In this document: one piece after another, positions 1-14,370 of the stretch | Numbering within the stretch: position 1 is the stretch's first letter | Layout of the letters: every line of letters starts with the position of its first letter | Origin: the human T2T-CHM13v2.0 reference genome, Homo sapiens | Direction: 5' to 3' (one strand) | Assembly: GCF_009914755.1 (NCBI RefSeq) | Contig: NC_060938.1 | Length of the DNA stretch: 64,000 nucleotides | The notes under the pieces: generated by a model | Databases searched by the model: none | Seen by the model: the letters and a program-made list of their open reading frames with translations, nothing else | Told to the model about the DNA's origin: nothing | Program-made: the position numbers and the translations under genes

Positions 1-1307
1 CCTCCATTCACAAAAGAATCTATCTAGCTCTGACTTTTGAAGTGTACCATAATTCTTGGAAGACAATGGAAGCCGACTCTTGACATAAGACATATAAAAG
101 TTGGTGATTTCAAAAAAGTTTCCCAATTTCTTCATCAATAGCTCATCCAGTCAGTGCAGTAAAGGAAAATAGATGAGTTCTCAGATAAGACTAAACTATA
201 GAAGAGATGGACGAAACCTGTTTTATTACTGAAATAAGTCATTTTTAAATTACCTTGTCATTTATAGTGGGTTTAGCTTCTCTTAATTTGTAACATGAAT
301 TATCATATTTTACTGTTCAAAATATTGAACAGAGAATCAATGCCAAGGCAATATTACCCTTAAAACACTACTATTTTTTAAAAATCTTCAACTATTAGAC
401 TTGTCTCAAATAAATAACTTTTCTATCATGTTCATTTATAACTACGAAAGTGTGTATAGGTCTTGAAGTATTATAAAAGCTATTGGACTTGCTCTCAGCT
501 AAAGAAACCACGGTTTAGGCATGCATGGGCATTATTATCTCAGCATCAACAACAAAAATGTTAACTTACAGAAATATTTTGTTAACAACTTAGGTAACCA
601 AGCTTTTAAATGCAATATAAAGCAATCTTTGAAAGTGCTTTAGTGTGGGGAACAAAGGATTGAATAGTATAGCTAACGCTAAAAGTCATTAGAAGCCATT
701 ATATTTTAAACTATCATGAACAACAACTAAAAAATATTCAGTAGACTGAGTCTCCACTTAGTTAATGAAGCACGTGTTTCTACATGTTCCATGAATATAA
801 CAATGCCTACATTCAGTGCTGCAAAGAAATCAAAAACACTAAAACATTGACCCTCAGAGTCTCTCAAGTGGTAACGCCAATAATCTTCACTAGCAGATAT
901 AGAAAATACCACATAGAGGTAAAATGAATAAACACCTGGCCATTTAGTCCAATGCATTTGCCTGTAGCTGTGGCCTCCACTTGTTTCTTGTTACAAACAA
1001 ACTCTAGTCCCTCTAAATCACACAGTCTTTAGAACAGAGAAACTTCCAGAGTTAAAATGGCTGTGGGTCTTGTTTTCATGAATGCATTTCTCTAATGTGG
1101 TCATAATTGTTGCCTTCAAGACCTTCTCTACAGGCTTGTGGATTATTTTTAACAACACCCTTTCTGGATTTTTATTTTTACTATAAATTTTTAAAGTTTT
1201 TGACTTTATTATTACACAGAATAGCCTGGACATTAGGATTTTTTAAAGAAGCTTCCTGGGTGATTCCATGTGTGACATTTGTAAACAATTAGTCTACACT
1301 ACATTTT
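1..1307 (-). pseudogene. Pseudo-exon: C-part of Tudor 4 + Tudor 5-6
   Basis: Strong acceptor cttttctgtactttcatttattttttaacAG at 1308-1309. Motifs: VD*LFT (about VDYGFT, 1281-1297), QAILC (1214-1228), LDELLMKKLGNFF (112-150), RVGFHCLPR (54-80), WYTSKV (32-49), FVNGG (1-14). Confidence 0.72.
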
Positions 1308-1841
1308 CTGTTAAAAAATAAATGAAAGTACAGAAAAGTCTAAATTTGTTAGGTAATTGGCTTAATTATTTAATGCACAAAGTAAGTTTTAGGCTTCACA
1401 TAAGTTAATCAACAGAAATGTAGTTTCCACGAGATGTCATTATAATCTCTCTATAGTTAATATGCTAACATTGTGAGGTAAGATCAATGCCCTTTGAAAC
1501 TAGAATGTAAACACACTCTTTCTAGAGTTAACCAGTGTTATTTTTATACCTTGCGTCAACCTTTCCACACCTCCACCCGCCAACAACCCTCCCCTAAACA
1601 TGACTCCTTCCTGCTTCATTCCAGGTGGATGGCCCTTTAAGCTTTCACTAGGTGCAAGTATCTTGACTGTGTAATTCACAGACTGGCAAAGCAGCTGGTT
1701 TCAGGAGTGATAACACCAGTCACTACAAGGTTACAATATCTCTTCTAAAGGGCAGGGGCTTCCCAGAAAATTTCATTCATGCTCTCAGTTCTGCCTGTGG
1801 GGTAAAGCGAACTAATTTTACTCAGTCTTCTGTGTAAAAGC

Positions 1842-2245
1842 TGCTACCCTTCCAATGTTTGTCCCTCCAAAACTCATGTTGAAATTTCACTGTCATTGTG
1901 ATGATATTGGGAGGTGGGACCTTTAAGAGGTGCTTAGATCATGAGGGCTCTGCCTTCGTGAATGAGCTAGTGCTGTTATGCAGAAGCAGGTCTCCCTCTC
2001 CCTCTCCGTCTTCCTCTCCCCCTCACACTCCCCTTCCCCCTCCATTCCCCCCCTCTTCCCTCTCTTTGCTCTTTCTCCATGTGGTGTCTTCATGTCATAG
2101 CACAGCAAGAAGGCCTTTGTCAGATGCCGGCCCCTCAATTGTGGATTTTCCAGCCTCCAGAAATGTGAGTCAATAAATTTCTGTTCATTATAAATTACCC
2201 AGTCTGTGGTATTCCATTATATATAGCAGGAAAAATGGACTAAAA
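1842..2245 (+). mobile_element. MaLR solo LTR (MST family)
   Basis: gtccctccaaaactcatgttgaaattt start; ttccagcctccagaaatgtgag..aataaatttctgttc..aaatggactaa end. Confidence 0.8.
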
Positions 2246-2404
2246 AGCACTCTACGGTTTAATGAAATGAGCATATTTTCTTTCCCATTTTTCTTCTGTT
2301 TCCTAGAAATAGAGATTGCAAATGGATGCCATCTACATCAATACTCATCTAGAATCTAATTACATCTAGAATCTCTCAGCCATTCAGTGTTTCGTTTATC
2401 TATT

Positions 2405-3168
<764 letters not shown>

Positions 3169-3347
3169 TTCAACAAACCTTTGATGAGTGCTCTTCATGC
3201 CCAGATACCAGGCTAATTCCTAAAGATTAGAATGTAAGTAATCTGTAGTCCCTGCAAGTTAATAGTTGTAGAAGCTGAGTCACATACTACCTCCAACCCC
3301 TAGCCTTCCTTACAGGTACTGCTGTCAAGCTACTGCCTGATATTTAC

Positions 3348-5872
3348 ATCAATATTTCTTTCCACTATAGACATGACTTTGCTTCTATCCCTGTAAAGTT
3401 GTACCTGGTTGATCTCCCCCTCTATTCTAACCTAAAAATCTCATTCTGAATATCTACCTCTTCAGCTGTCATTATCCAATAAGCATACTGCTCATATTTT
3501 ATATAAATTGTTCATTTTCTTTTTCAATATGTATTGAGTAGTTTCTCTTTTTTTATTATACTTTAAGTTCTAGGGCACATGTGTACAACGTGCAGGTTTA
3601 TTACATATGTATACATGTGCCATATTGGTGTGCTGCACCCATTAACTCATGATTTACATTAGGTATATCTCCTAATGCTATCCCTCCCCCCTCCCCCCAC
3701 CCCATGACAGGCCCCAGTGTGTGATGTTCCCCTTCCTGTGTTCAAGTGTTCTATAGTGAAGGCATTGATAAAAATATATACATTAAATGGAACATGAACA
3801 ATCACATAGCCCTTTGTTATACTACTAGATTCTCCCCAAAGCTAATATTAATTCATCAACACATCCCGCATACAGCTGTTCCAGTGAACTAAAACCTCTG
3901 TAAATGTGTTATATGCCAGCCCATATTTCTACAGCTAGTTCATAAAGAAAGACTATGAGGCTTTCACAGGGACCATATTTGCTATATCTGATCTGTGAGA
4001 ACCGTATCCTATCAAAAAAGGAAATAGATTTAGTTTAATGACAATGCAAATATAAACAGGCCCCAATTGATTACTGTTTTCTATTTTAGGGTCTTATATG
4101 ATATTTGTTTTAATATTTTATATTTTATTATCTTTTTGAGTATTAACACTTATTTTATTTTATTTGATCTTTGAAAGCACCCACACCTGTGTAACAAGAA
4201 TCATTAGTTACAATTTAATTAATATACTCAGTTGAGTGTAAATCATTGGACTTCATGATCCAGAGTTCCACCACAATATTGTTTCGTCTCAAGTCATCCT
4301 CAATAGCAGCACTGATTACTGTACCGTAAGTATCCTGCTTACAAAGAGTTCCAATTGGTCTACAAATTAATAGACCAAAAAGAAGTCATCTATGAGACCA
4401 TTTCCTTCATATCTGAACCCAGCGTAAGGGTCTAAAGGCTATAATCTCTCACACAAAAACTCTTCAGATGAGACAAACACCTGACTTTGGCTTTGGATGC
4501 ATACGATTTTCTAATATATGAACACATAGACTTGGTTTCAGGTAGCTAAATTTTGTTTATCCATTTTTATTTTTGCATCTGATAGCCAGGACCATAAATA
4601 CACTTGGAAATAATAAATTATAAATTATTTGGAATAAATAAAATAAAAGTTATTTCTAAGTTCCGTATTATCAGAAACAGGCTAGTTTCGTTGCTCTGCT
4701 GAATCAACTCCTTCACAGCAGAGCTATGCTGTTTCTGGATCTGATACTTTACTTCAGGATTCCCTGGAAACCGCCTGGGATGGGCATTCTTGAAGCTCCT
4801 TGTGGTCGGTTTTTCCTGTTCATAAAATGTTCTTCTAATCTGGAAAACCAGAATGCTACTAAAGTCTGTTTTGGTGCAGGCCTGGATATAATGATATCCC
4901 ATTATCCATTCCATCTCTAAAATATTTCTCAAATATTAACTAATTAAATCAATTACATGGGTAACTTGCTTAAAGGTAGCGACTATATTTTTTTAAGAAT
5001 GACATGAGCCCACTGCAGACTATTAAGAATCCTGATGTCACCTGATAAATGTTACCAATCTACAGCATTACAAGTATTCGTATATTTTATGGCATTCTGT
5101 TTCTAACCTATAGGGAAACTAAGTCACAGGGCTTTACAGCCCTGTAAAAGATCCGAGGTGTCATTCATTCCAACACTAAAATTAAAGGCTCTCCAGATTC
5201 TACTTATAAGTCTTATCCACCAGACCATAAATTCTACTTTTGAAAATCATTAAATCCCCCTTTATTTCAAATGAGAAAAGTTCCTTTTAGACCTGGGGGT
5301 CTTAGGTTCAAGTGCCAAAAATGAAAGCATTTGTCATAAAACCACAAAAAGAACTTGATTAAAGAACCACTAATGAAGATCTGACATTTAATCTGCTCTT
5401 TTATTGGATAAGATCTTTAAATATTCTCTCTTTATGAATTCATTTGGAATAGTACTCGATCATAGGAACGTGACAGTAAGCTGGTACTAAAAGAAGATAA
5501 TTAAGCAACATGTTCTGCCAAGGACATCTCCACCCTATACCATCCATCATCCCACGTGGAGAGTTAATAATTTCAGTCATGTTGCCGTGACATTGTAATG
5601 AAAATCTTTCATATCCTGCAGTGCCTTTGTCAACTGGACCTGTTCTAAGGACAAATACTGGCATCTCTGTAACAAAACTTTCATATGCTTGCTGTGCCCC
5701 TTCTGAGGTCCCCCCACCCCAACATTAGTAAAGGAAAATGCTAACAGGGCTTAGATGGCAGACAGGCTCCTAAGGACTCACGCCTCACACTCCAATCGCC
5801 TTTGTGGACACGCTACCAATTTACACTGAGATAAACAACATTGTACAAAGTACCAAAGGCAAACTGTATGCG
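3348..5872 (-). pseudogene. Large pseudo-exon: MYND finger + Tudor 1-3 + N-part of Tudor 4
   Basis: Acceptor ttctttctctgtattaataaatAG. Motifs: FGTL..[12 protein letters not shown] (5785-5870), CQYLSLEQVQLTKALQDMKDFHY and DDGWYRVE (5525-5663), KYFRDG..MPI-QAV (4769-4927), VFVSSEEFLC..PIGTLC..SNQCCY*G..IVVE-LDH (4255-4480), KKKMNNLY..RSKVMSIVERNIDV (3345-3525). Small internal introns cannot be excluded. Confidence 0.7.
3548..3753 (-). mobile_element. L1PA 3' end fragment inserted in the Tudor pseudo-exon
   Basis: ttattatactttaagttctaggg..catgtg..ctaatgctatccctccccc, the canonical L1PA 3'UTR in antisense. Confidence 0.95.
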
Positions 5873-5979
5873 CTATTTATTAATACAGAGAAAGAAGCAG
5901 ATATGCCAAAGTGATATACTAAGAAATAGAGTGATATTTTAATAGGAAATTTAAAAATAGTATTGTGAAACTGACTTAC

Positions 5980-6129
5980 TGTTGAAGGTCTAACAGCACC
6001 TTTTTCTCTTTGCTTTTTTATTTGTCCTTGAGAAGTTTCCTATTGGTTAAAAATTTGTATAAAGCCAAAGACAGTTGCACAATTGAAATCCTCCCTACAC
6101 TACATTCAAGCCTCATCTCAACAAAAACA
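5980..6129 (-). pseudogene. Pseudo-exon: C-terminal half of RRM (RNP1)
   Basis: Strong acceptor cctcttttcactttcAG and donor GTAAGT, 150 nt. Reads VFVEMRLECSVGRISIVQLSLALYKFLTNRKLL, resembling the RRM pattern FAFVE...AI..LNG..F..RKL. Confidence 0.65.
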
Positions 6130-6194
6130 CTGAAAGTGAAAAGAGGCTGTCAGAATAACAATGAGAATTTGGTTTTCAGAATCCCAGTCAACTG

Positions 6195-6196
<2 letters not shown>

Positions 6197-6227
<31 letters not shown>
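6197..6227. repeat. (TG)n microsatellite
   Basis: Directly visible; lies in the intron between the two RRM pseudo-exons. Confidence 0.95.
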
Positions 6228-6229
<2 letters not shown>

Positions 6230-6288
6230 TATGTCTTTCTTTTGCCCACATAAAGATAACAGGAAACCTGTACCAGAGAAGCACTTAC

Positions 6289-6425
6289 TCCCACAGTCAA
6301 AAAGATAATAATTCCCACATTATTAGTAATTTTTATTTACTGACCAAACAACTGTAATAGGTGTTAGTCTGTGTTTGTGGCTTTCAAATAGCTCATTTGT
6401 GGAAAAATCTGAGCTTTTCGTCAAC
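6289..6425 (-). pseudogene. Pseudo-exon: N-terminal half of RRM
   Basis: Acceptor tcttttctaccttcataaAG, donor GTAAGT. One frame reads RKAQIFPQMSYLKATNTD*HLLQLFGQ*IKITNNVGII, resembling RRM beta1-alpha1-beta2. Confidence 0.6.
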
Positions 6426-6450
6426 CTTTATGAAGGTAGAAAAGACTTTA

Positions 6451-6756
<306 letters not shown>

Positions 6757-7199
6757 TTAGACTACATCATGAGGTCCTGGAAACCCACAGATGTTAGATG
6801 TTTGCCCTCAGAAAGGCCCATAGGAAAGGCTTTCTATTGACCCCACAGGAATACAAGTAACTCTCTCAAGGTTTTCAACTTTATGTTAAGATCTTGAAGT
6901 CTCGTGGGGCTGAAGACAAAATATTACATCAGAAAAAGATTATGTGGGGAAAAGTGTTTAACCATATTGCATTTTCCAATGAGAAAGTAAACCAAAGAAA
7001 AAGTAGACACACCAACAGCATTTTCTTGCTGAGCTTAGTTTTGTCCATATCATAATAGCTTTTGTCTTTTCAGGTTACAGTGGAGATTTAGGGATATTTT
7101 ATTTGCTCTAAATAAAGGTTTTGTGTCTCTATGAAGAGATGGGATTCAGTTGGGTCTCTACTCAGACCCCCTCATTGCGCATATCACAGTGGCCTGGAC

Positions 7200-7609
7200 A
7201 CTGGAGGAAATATTTCCTTTCTCAGCCATTACTGGGTTCACGGCTGAAGCCCAAGTAACAAAAGACAGATTAACAAGTGGAAAGCGTACAGATTTACTAA
7301 AGTAAGTCTCATGTGACATGAAAGCCTTGGAAAATGAAGACCCAAAGAAACAGAGTGATCTGTGCATCTTGATGCTGGGTGTGACTTCGTGGATAGCTGT
7401 AGAGAAGTATCATCGGACAAAGGAGGAAGGGCCTAATGGTAACAAACCAAGGCAACACTTTTTGAATGAGGCCTGTTTTCTCAGATTCTTCTCTGTCCTC
7501 ATGTCCTCAGAACAAGGACATTCATTACTTCCAGATATGAGGTGGGCACCTCTCACATGAGGATCTTATGACCTAATTCTGGGGAAGGTCAGAAAATTAT
7601 TTTCTAGTT

Positions 7610-7642
<33 letters not shown>

Positions 7643-8017
7643 TTGAGAAGGAGTCTCACTCCATCGCCCAGGTCTCTGTCTCCTGAGTTCAAGGGATTCT
7701 CCTGCCTCAGCCTCCCATGCCTGGGATTACAGGCACCCACCACCACGTCCCGCTAATTTTTGTATTTTTAGTAGAGATGGGGTTTCACCACGTTGGACAG
7801 GCTGGTCTCGAACTCCTGTCGTCAGGTGATCCGTCTGCCTCAGCCTCCCAAAGTGCTGAGATTACAGGCATGAGCCACTGTGCCCTGCCTCTTTTCTAGT
7901 TTTTATCACCTGCTTCAGGGGAGAGGGATGGGAGAAGGTCAGAGGGTCCTTCCTGCGTCTGTGGTTTTCTCAAATGCCAAGGTGTCGTACTTTGTGGTGT
8001 CAAGCCCCGAATTTCAT
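7200..8017 (-). mobile_element. ERV1 solo LTR (MER67-like) split by an Alu
   Basis: aaaagacagattaacaag..gaagacccaaagaaacag and ttctcaaatgccaaggtg motifs; similar to 14370-14870. Confidence 0.6.
7609..7890 (-). mobile_element. AluS with internal deletion and (GTT)n tail
   Basis: Antisense Alu lacking about 40 nt of the right arm; TSD ttttctagtttt. Confidence 0.93.
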
Positions 8018-8359
8018 CGGCTGCAACTGCTTTCACCTCTCCTGCTCCCATGAGACTCCATGTTCCCCAAAGGCCATTTCTTCTCATCTGTGACTCTCCA
8101 TCCCAAACACAATGCTTGGCAGTGTGATCAATATGTGCTTCGTGAATATTAGTTACCTTGAAAATTTTCTCAAGGCCAGACTCCAAAAAAAATTATAAAT
8201 ACATGGAAACCAGTGGAATCAGGTAAAGGCAAAACTATTCAAAGAAACTCGACTCACCATTGAGAGAAAAAGAAAATCAACCCCTCTCTGTGCTAAGTAA
8301 AAATTTTACTTTATTTCAGCACTTTTCAAAACTACGAGTCACATAAAAAAAAATCACTA

Positions 8360-8889
<530 letters not shown>

Positions 8890-9114
8890 TCATGTATGGA
8901 CATCTTTCCTTTTTATGAAGGACATATTAGTGTTCTTATTTATTGGCCTGATCCTAACACCTCTAAATTTTAAATGAAATTTTTTCCTATATTTAGCCTG
9001 GTATGTTGGTCCTTTTTGGATGGGTTTATAGTGGATATTCCAGTTTTCTTAGTTGTTACATAAACTCTTGATTTGTGTTCCAGAAATTTAGTCCCACCTT
9101 CCTTTTTTTCCTGT

Positions 9115-9194
9115 GAAAATACTTTTCAGGATGATGGCAGCTTCATTGTTCCAGGAAAATACTTTTCAGGATGATGGCAGCTTCATTGTTCCAG
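9115..9194. repeat. Perfect 40-bp tandem duplication
   Basis: gaaaatacttttcaggatgatggcagcttcattgttccag x2. Confidence 0.95.
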
Positions 9195-10281
9195 GGGAAA
9201 TGTAAATTTGAGTTCTGAAATTGTTTTTGAACACCGGGTTTCTTCTTTTTGTATTTTAACTGAGAAGTAAACAAAGATGTTTCACTTAAACACTTAGACA
9301 TGATTTATTCTATAAGTTTACTCTTTACCATGGAATAAAGTCACCTTTAGAAAATGACAGAAAAAAAATAGATGGGAAGGTGTTTATTCTCTGATATTTT
9401 TCCAGACCCCACAGGAGCAAGGAGGGCAGTAACCCATGCTTTTCTTCCCTAAAGCAACAGCCATTTCTCCTCCCACCCCCGCCCCAAAAAAAAACTGCTG
9501 CTTTCTCCGAACACCTAAACGCCCTAAATTCTTTCTTTACTCCATTCTGCTCCTGCTCATTCCTCTAATGTGTATAAACTTCCCATATACCATAGCAGAT
9601 GAGGATCCCTTTGGTTGTATCTTGTCAATACCAAACAGAATATGACAAGTGATAAACCCTTACAGTTGTCTTATTCTTAAAGTTTCAAATGTTTCCCATT
9701 ATTTCTCCACCGTGGCCTCATATATGTCGTTGCCATTCTCGTTCCTGTGGAACTGGAAAGATTTACTGTTTCTGTTCTGAATTTCAACCCTCAATGTAAG
9801 CAGTGGGAAACAAAGCACCCTGTCCATGAGGAAAAATAATAAAGAAAACATTTAACTTAGAAAACAATAAATGTTTGTTTCAAAATGTTTTGTATTCAGT
9901 CAAAGGGTGACTGAATACAAAATAAAACAAATCAAGGAGAATTTTCATCTAAATTTAACAAAGTGGGAGACATCAAGAGTAACTAACTGTCAATGAGCTT
10001 GAGAAACAGATCTCAAAGTAAATCTCTGAAAACCCATTCAAGATCCTGATGTGTAAGAACCGCAATCAAGCAAGGAAGCACAGGTAAGCAAACAAAACAT
10101 CTAAAAGAAGGCTTTTACATTAAAAAAATCAGAAAATAGTACCTGACGAACTTCTAATAAAATTCAAAACCCTCATGAAAAATGGGAGGAAGAAATGCCA
10201 CGTTAACTGCCCCTGCTCTATTGTACTCAAAACTCCTGCAGGTGCACAGATGCAGGGAAGAGAGAGTGTTGTGGTAAGCAC

Positions 10282-10839
10282 ACCTGCTATGTTGGAGGAA
10301 CTCTATAAATGAATCACAGGAAACAGAATGATTCTATTGTCACAGAGTAGAACCTGCTATGTTGGAGGAACTCTATAATGAATCACAGGAAACAGAATGA
10401 TTCTATTGTCACAGAGTAGAACCTGCTATGTTGGAGGAACTCTATAATGAATCACATGAAACAGAATAGTTCCCTTGTCACCGAGTAGAACCTGCTATGT
10501 TAGAGGAACTCTATAATGAATCACATGAAACAGAATGGTTCCGTTGTCACCGAGTAGAACCTGCTATGTTACAGGAACTCTATAAATGAATCACATGACA
10601 CAGAATGGTTCCGTTGTCACTGAGTAGAACCTGCTATGTTAGAGAAACTCTATAAATGAATCACATGAAACAGAATGATTCCGTTGTCACCGAGTAGAAC
10701 CTGCTATGTTGGAGGAACTCTATAATGAATCACATGAAACGGAATGGTTCCATTGTCACTGAGTAGAACGTGCTATATTAGAGGAACTCTATAAATGAAT
10801 CACATGAAACGGAATGGTTCCGTTGTCACCGAGTAGAAC
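10282..10839. repeat. Minisatellite, 69-70 bp unit, 8 copies
   Basis: acctgctatgttggaggaactctataaatgaatcaca..gagtaga repeated. Confidence 0.95.
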
Positions 10840-10915
10840 CCATTGGCCAATAACTCTGACAAATATTATTTTCTGGATATTAAACACAAACATAAATGTT
10901 AAAAATGTTTATGTT

Positions 10916-11240
<325 letters not shown>

Positions 11241-11959
11241 CTAAGAGATTTGCCCTCAAATTACAAACTGTTTTGTAAAGTGAACAAAAATGCCCCACGA
11301 CTCTCCCTACATTTTTTAATATTATTCCTGTGATCATTGTCTCTCTTTTCAATAAGTTTCTCATTCAAACAAACTGGAAAATTCAGGTGATTATCTGAAT
11401 CAAAACACATATATCTTACCTAAATTATCAGAACAAGGCTATTAAACATTTTGCTTTGCTGTGGTTATGCAGACTTGTTCTCTGTGCACTAAAGCCTCCC
11501 AAATCATTTACATTATTTTGATTCCTGGTCATATAAATTATTAGTTCTGCTTTAGAGATCAGGAAATTGATGCATTTCATTTTTGCATTTAACACATATT
11601 AAGGTGGTCCCTTTACTAAAAGTGGAAGACATAAAGATTAATGTGATTCAGTCTCTGCCCAAAAGGAAGTCACACAGATAAGCATATAGATTTTAGTATA
11701 AAAACATATAAACCATGGAATGTCCTATAATAAATGTATAACAAAGATTTAAGTACACGCAGAAGCCTGGAGATGCCAGTCGGTGCCACAGTCGGATGAA
11801 AGGATATATGTGCCAGCCCTTTCTAAATGTTACCAGTGCTGTGCTTGAGTTAAGAGAATTGGTGGCCAAACTAGAAACCAACTCATTTTCAGTAGCTACA
11901 CAGACTACCATGAAGAAATGAGCTCGGGACAAATGACTATAAACCTTGGGTCAAATAGC

Positions 11960-12470
11960 AACAAAGATTCTCTTCTTGACCAAACTCTAGTCAGGCTCCT
12001 CTGAGCTACTTTTTCAACAAGGTCTCATCCTTGGGCCTTGTCCTCAAGAGCCAAGAGCCAGAAACCTGCTAAGTCAGTTTAGCCAGAACTTCCCGCCCTC
12101 AACAAGTGTTCTGATCAATTTCCTCACTCCCCACAGAACCTCCTGCACTCAACGTGTGTTCTGAGCAATGTCCTCACTCCCCCACCATCCCCAGGTGATA
12201 TCTCAGCACTCTAGTGCCTGCAGGATTCTGAATAAGTTCAGACAGAATCCCCTGTACTCCTGAGGTTTTTTCTTCATAATTTGGCACCTACTGACTCCCA
12301 CCCTTGGCTGTAAAACCTCACTTGTCTCTGATAGATTTAGAGCTGAGTCCAATTTCTCTCCCTACTGTAAAACCCCATGGCAGTGGTCTCTTTACCTATC
12401 AAGATAATCCCCCTGAATGAATTCGGCCTTATTGTTTTAACAAATGTCATGAATGATTTTTTTCGATGAT
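11960..12470 (+). mobile_element. ERV1 solo LTR (MER31-like)
   Basis: caaagattctcttcttgaccaaactctagtcaggctcctctgagc start. Confidence 0.7.
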
Positions 12471-12485
12471 AAGCTAGACTTCCTA

Positions 12486-13285
12486 TGGTATAGTAGAAAA
12501 TATATTTGATCATTGACACTGGTTCCTGGCATAGAGTTCCTAAAACCCTTGGCATTTCTGGAGTGATAGGAGTATCTTTTGTTACTCATAATAAGCCCTT
12601 TTCAACAATACTGAGTCTATGTTAAGGAGGTGACTCTTGCTGGGCCCCTAGATGGATTCAGGATAGGGGCTGGTTGCCAGAGGAACCAACCAAGCGGTTA
12701 GAAGGTTGGAACTTTCAGCTGGACTTCCCCTACCTCTGAAAAGGGAAGAGGGGCTGGAGATTGAGTTCAATCACCAATGGTTAATAATTTGATCAATTAT
12801 GCTATGTAATGAAACCTCCATTAAAACCCATAAACAATGGGGTTTGGAGAAGCTCCAGGCTGAGGAGCCCATCAGGATGCTAGAAGGGCGGCACATCCAG
12901 GGAGCATGTGGGAGCCCCACGCACACACATTCCCCTGATCCCTTACCCTGTGCATCTGTCGCATGTGGCTATTCCTGAGCTACATTCATCATAGTAAACC
13001 AATCATAGTAAGTAATGCTTTCTCTGAGTTATGTGAGTCATTCTAGTGAGTTTTGAAACCTGCACAAGGAGATGTCAAGGGAACCTCCAGATTTAGGAGA
13101 TGTCAAGGGAGCCTCCAGATTTGTAGTCAGCCAGACAAAAATGTGGGTAGCCTGGCATCTGAAATGGAGACAGTCTTGTGGAACCAAGTGTCAGAATGGA
13201 ATCGAATCGTTGAACACTCAGTTGATGTTGGAGAATTGGAGAATCCATGCTGAAAAAGATACCACATCTTTGGTGTCAGGGGGGA
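12486..13285 (+). mobile_element. Solo LTR (MER21C-like)
   Basis: aaaatatatttg..ggttcctggcatagagttcctaaaacccttgg..ggggctggagattgagttcaatcaccaatgg..tttggtgtcag. Confidence 0.75.
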
Positions 13286-13774
13286 ATGAAAACCTCTCAG
13301 CCACATGAACTTCAACAATTTTCCTGCCATTCCAGAGTCAGTTCTGCTTTTAGATATGAGAAATACTAATAACACCTAAAGGCCTCATGCTGAACTGAGT
13401 AGCCATTCCCCCTCTGAGATTTAGCATGAACCACATTATATTGCAATTGTATTTATTGGTCCACCTCCCTCACAGGAACATGAATTCCCAGAAGGCAGGA
13501 ATCACATGTTATTTGTATTTGTCATATGATAGGCGATCAATCAATATTGGTTTAATAAAAGGAAGAAAAAATTTCTAATAGGAGCTGTAATTAATTCCTT
13601 TGCTCTAAGCAGAAGCAAATAATGATTTCCATAACACTAACCTGTCCTCCAAACTATAATGAAAATTGAGCTAGAGGATTTGGATTGGCCATAATAATAA
13701 TTCTCTGCAGCTGGACAGAACCCACAAGGTTATATATAATATTTGAAACAATGCATAGAATACTAATTAAATTT

Positions 13775-14370
13775 ATAATACGTGGAAAATACCAAATGCT
13801 GATGAGGATGAGGAGTAACTGGAATTCTCATAAATTGCTTGTAGGAATGCAAGATGGTATAACCACTTTGGAAACAGTTTGTCAGTTTCTTATACGGTTT
13901 AACGTATATTTCCTGTAAGACTTAGCAATCACACTCCTGGATAGTTGCCCAAGAGAAATGAAAACATATGTACCCATAAATACTTGCATGCAAATATTAC
14001 AGTGGGTTTATTCACACTAGCCAAAAACTGGAGGAAAAGAAAAAAAAATCAAAATTTCCATCAACTGGTGAATAAATTCTGGTACATTTATACACCTGAA
14101 CTCTACGAAGCAATGAAAAGGAAACAACTACTGATACGATCAAGAACGAATGAATATCAAAAATATTAGTCTACATGAAAGAAACGAGGCACAGACTGTG
14201 TTTCCATTTAGATGCCATTCTAGAGAAGGCAACACTAGGAACAGAAAGCAGACGAGTGGCTGCAGGGCTGGGTCTCAGGAAAGACGACCGCCTGCCATGA
14301 GGCAGGGAAAATTGGGGATGACGGACACATTCTGCATCATGACTGCGGCGATCGTGAAGTACGATAAGGA
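13775..14370 (+). mobile_element. Old L1M 3' fragment
   Basis: aataccaaatgctgatgaggatg..aaccactttggaaacagtttg..cccaagagaaatgaaaacatatg. Confidence 0.8.

Noticed and set aside
3274-3283. Antioxidant-response-element-like GCTGAGTCAC
   Set aside because: It is a single isolated motif without supporting context.
10282-10839. Regular repeats that might be mistaken for a CRISPR array (also 47053 and 54789)
   Set aside because: They are head-to-tail units with no unique spacers, in primate DNA with no cas genes.
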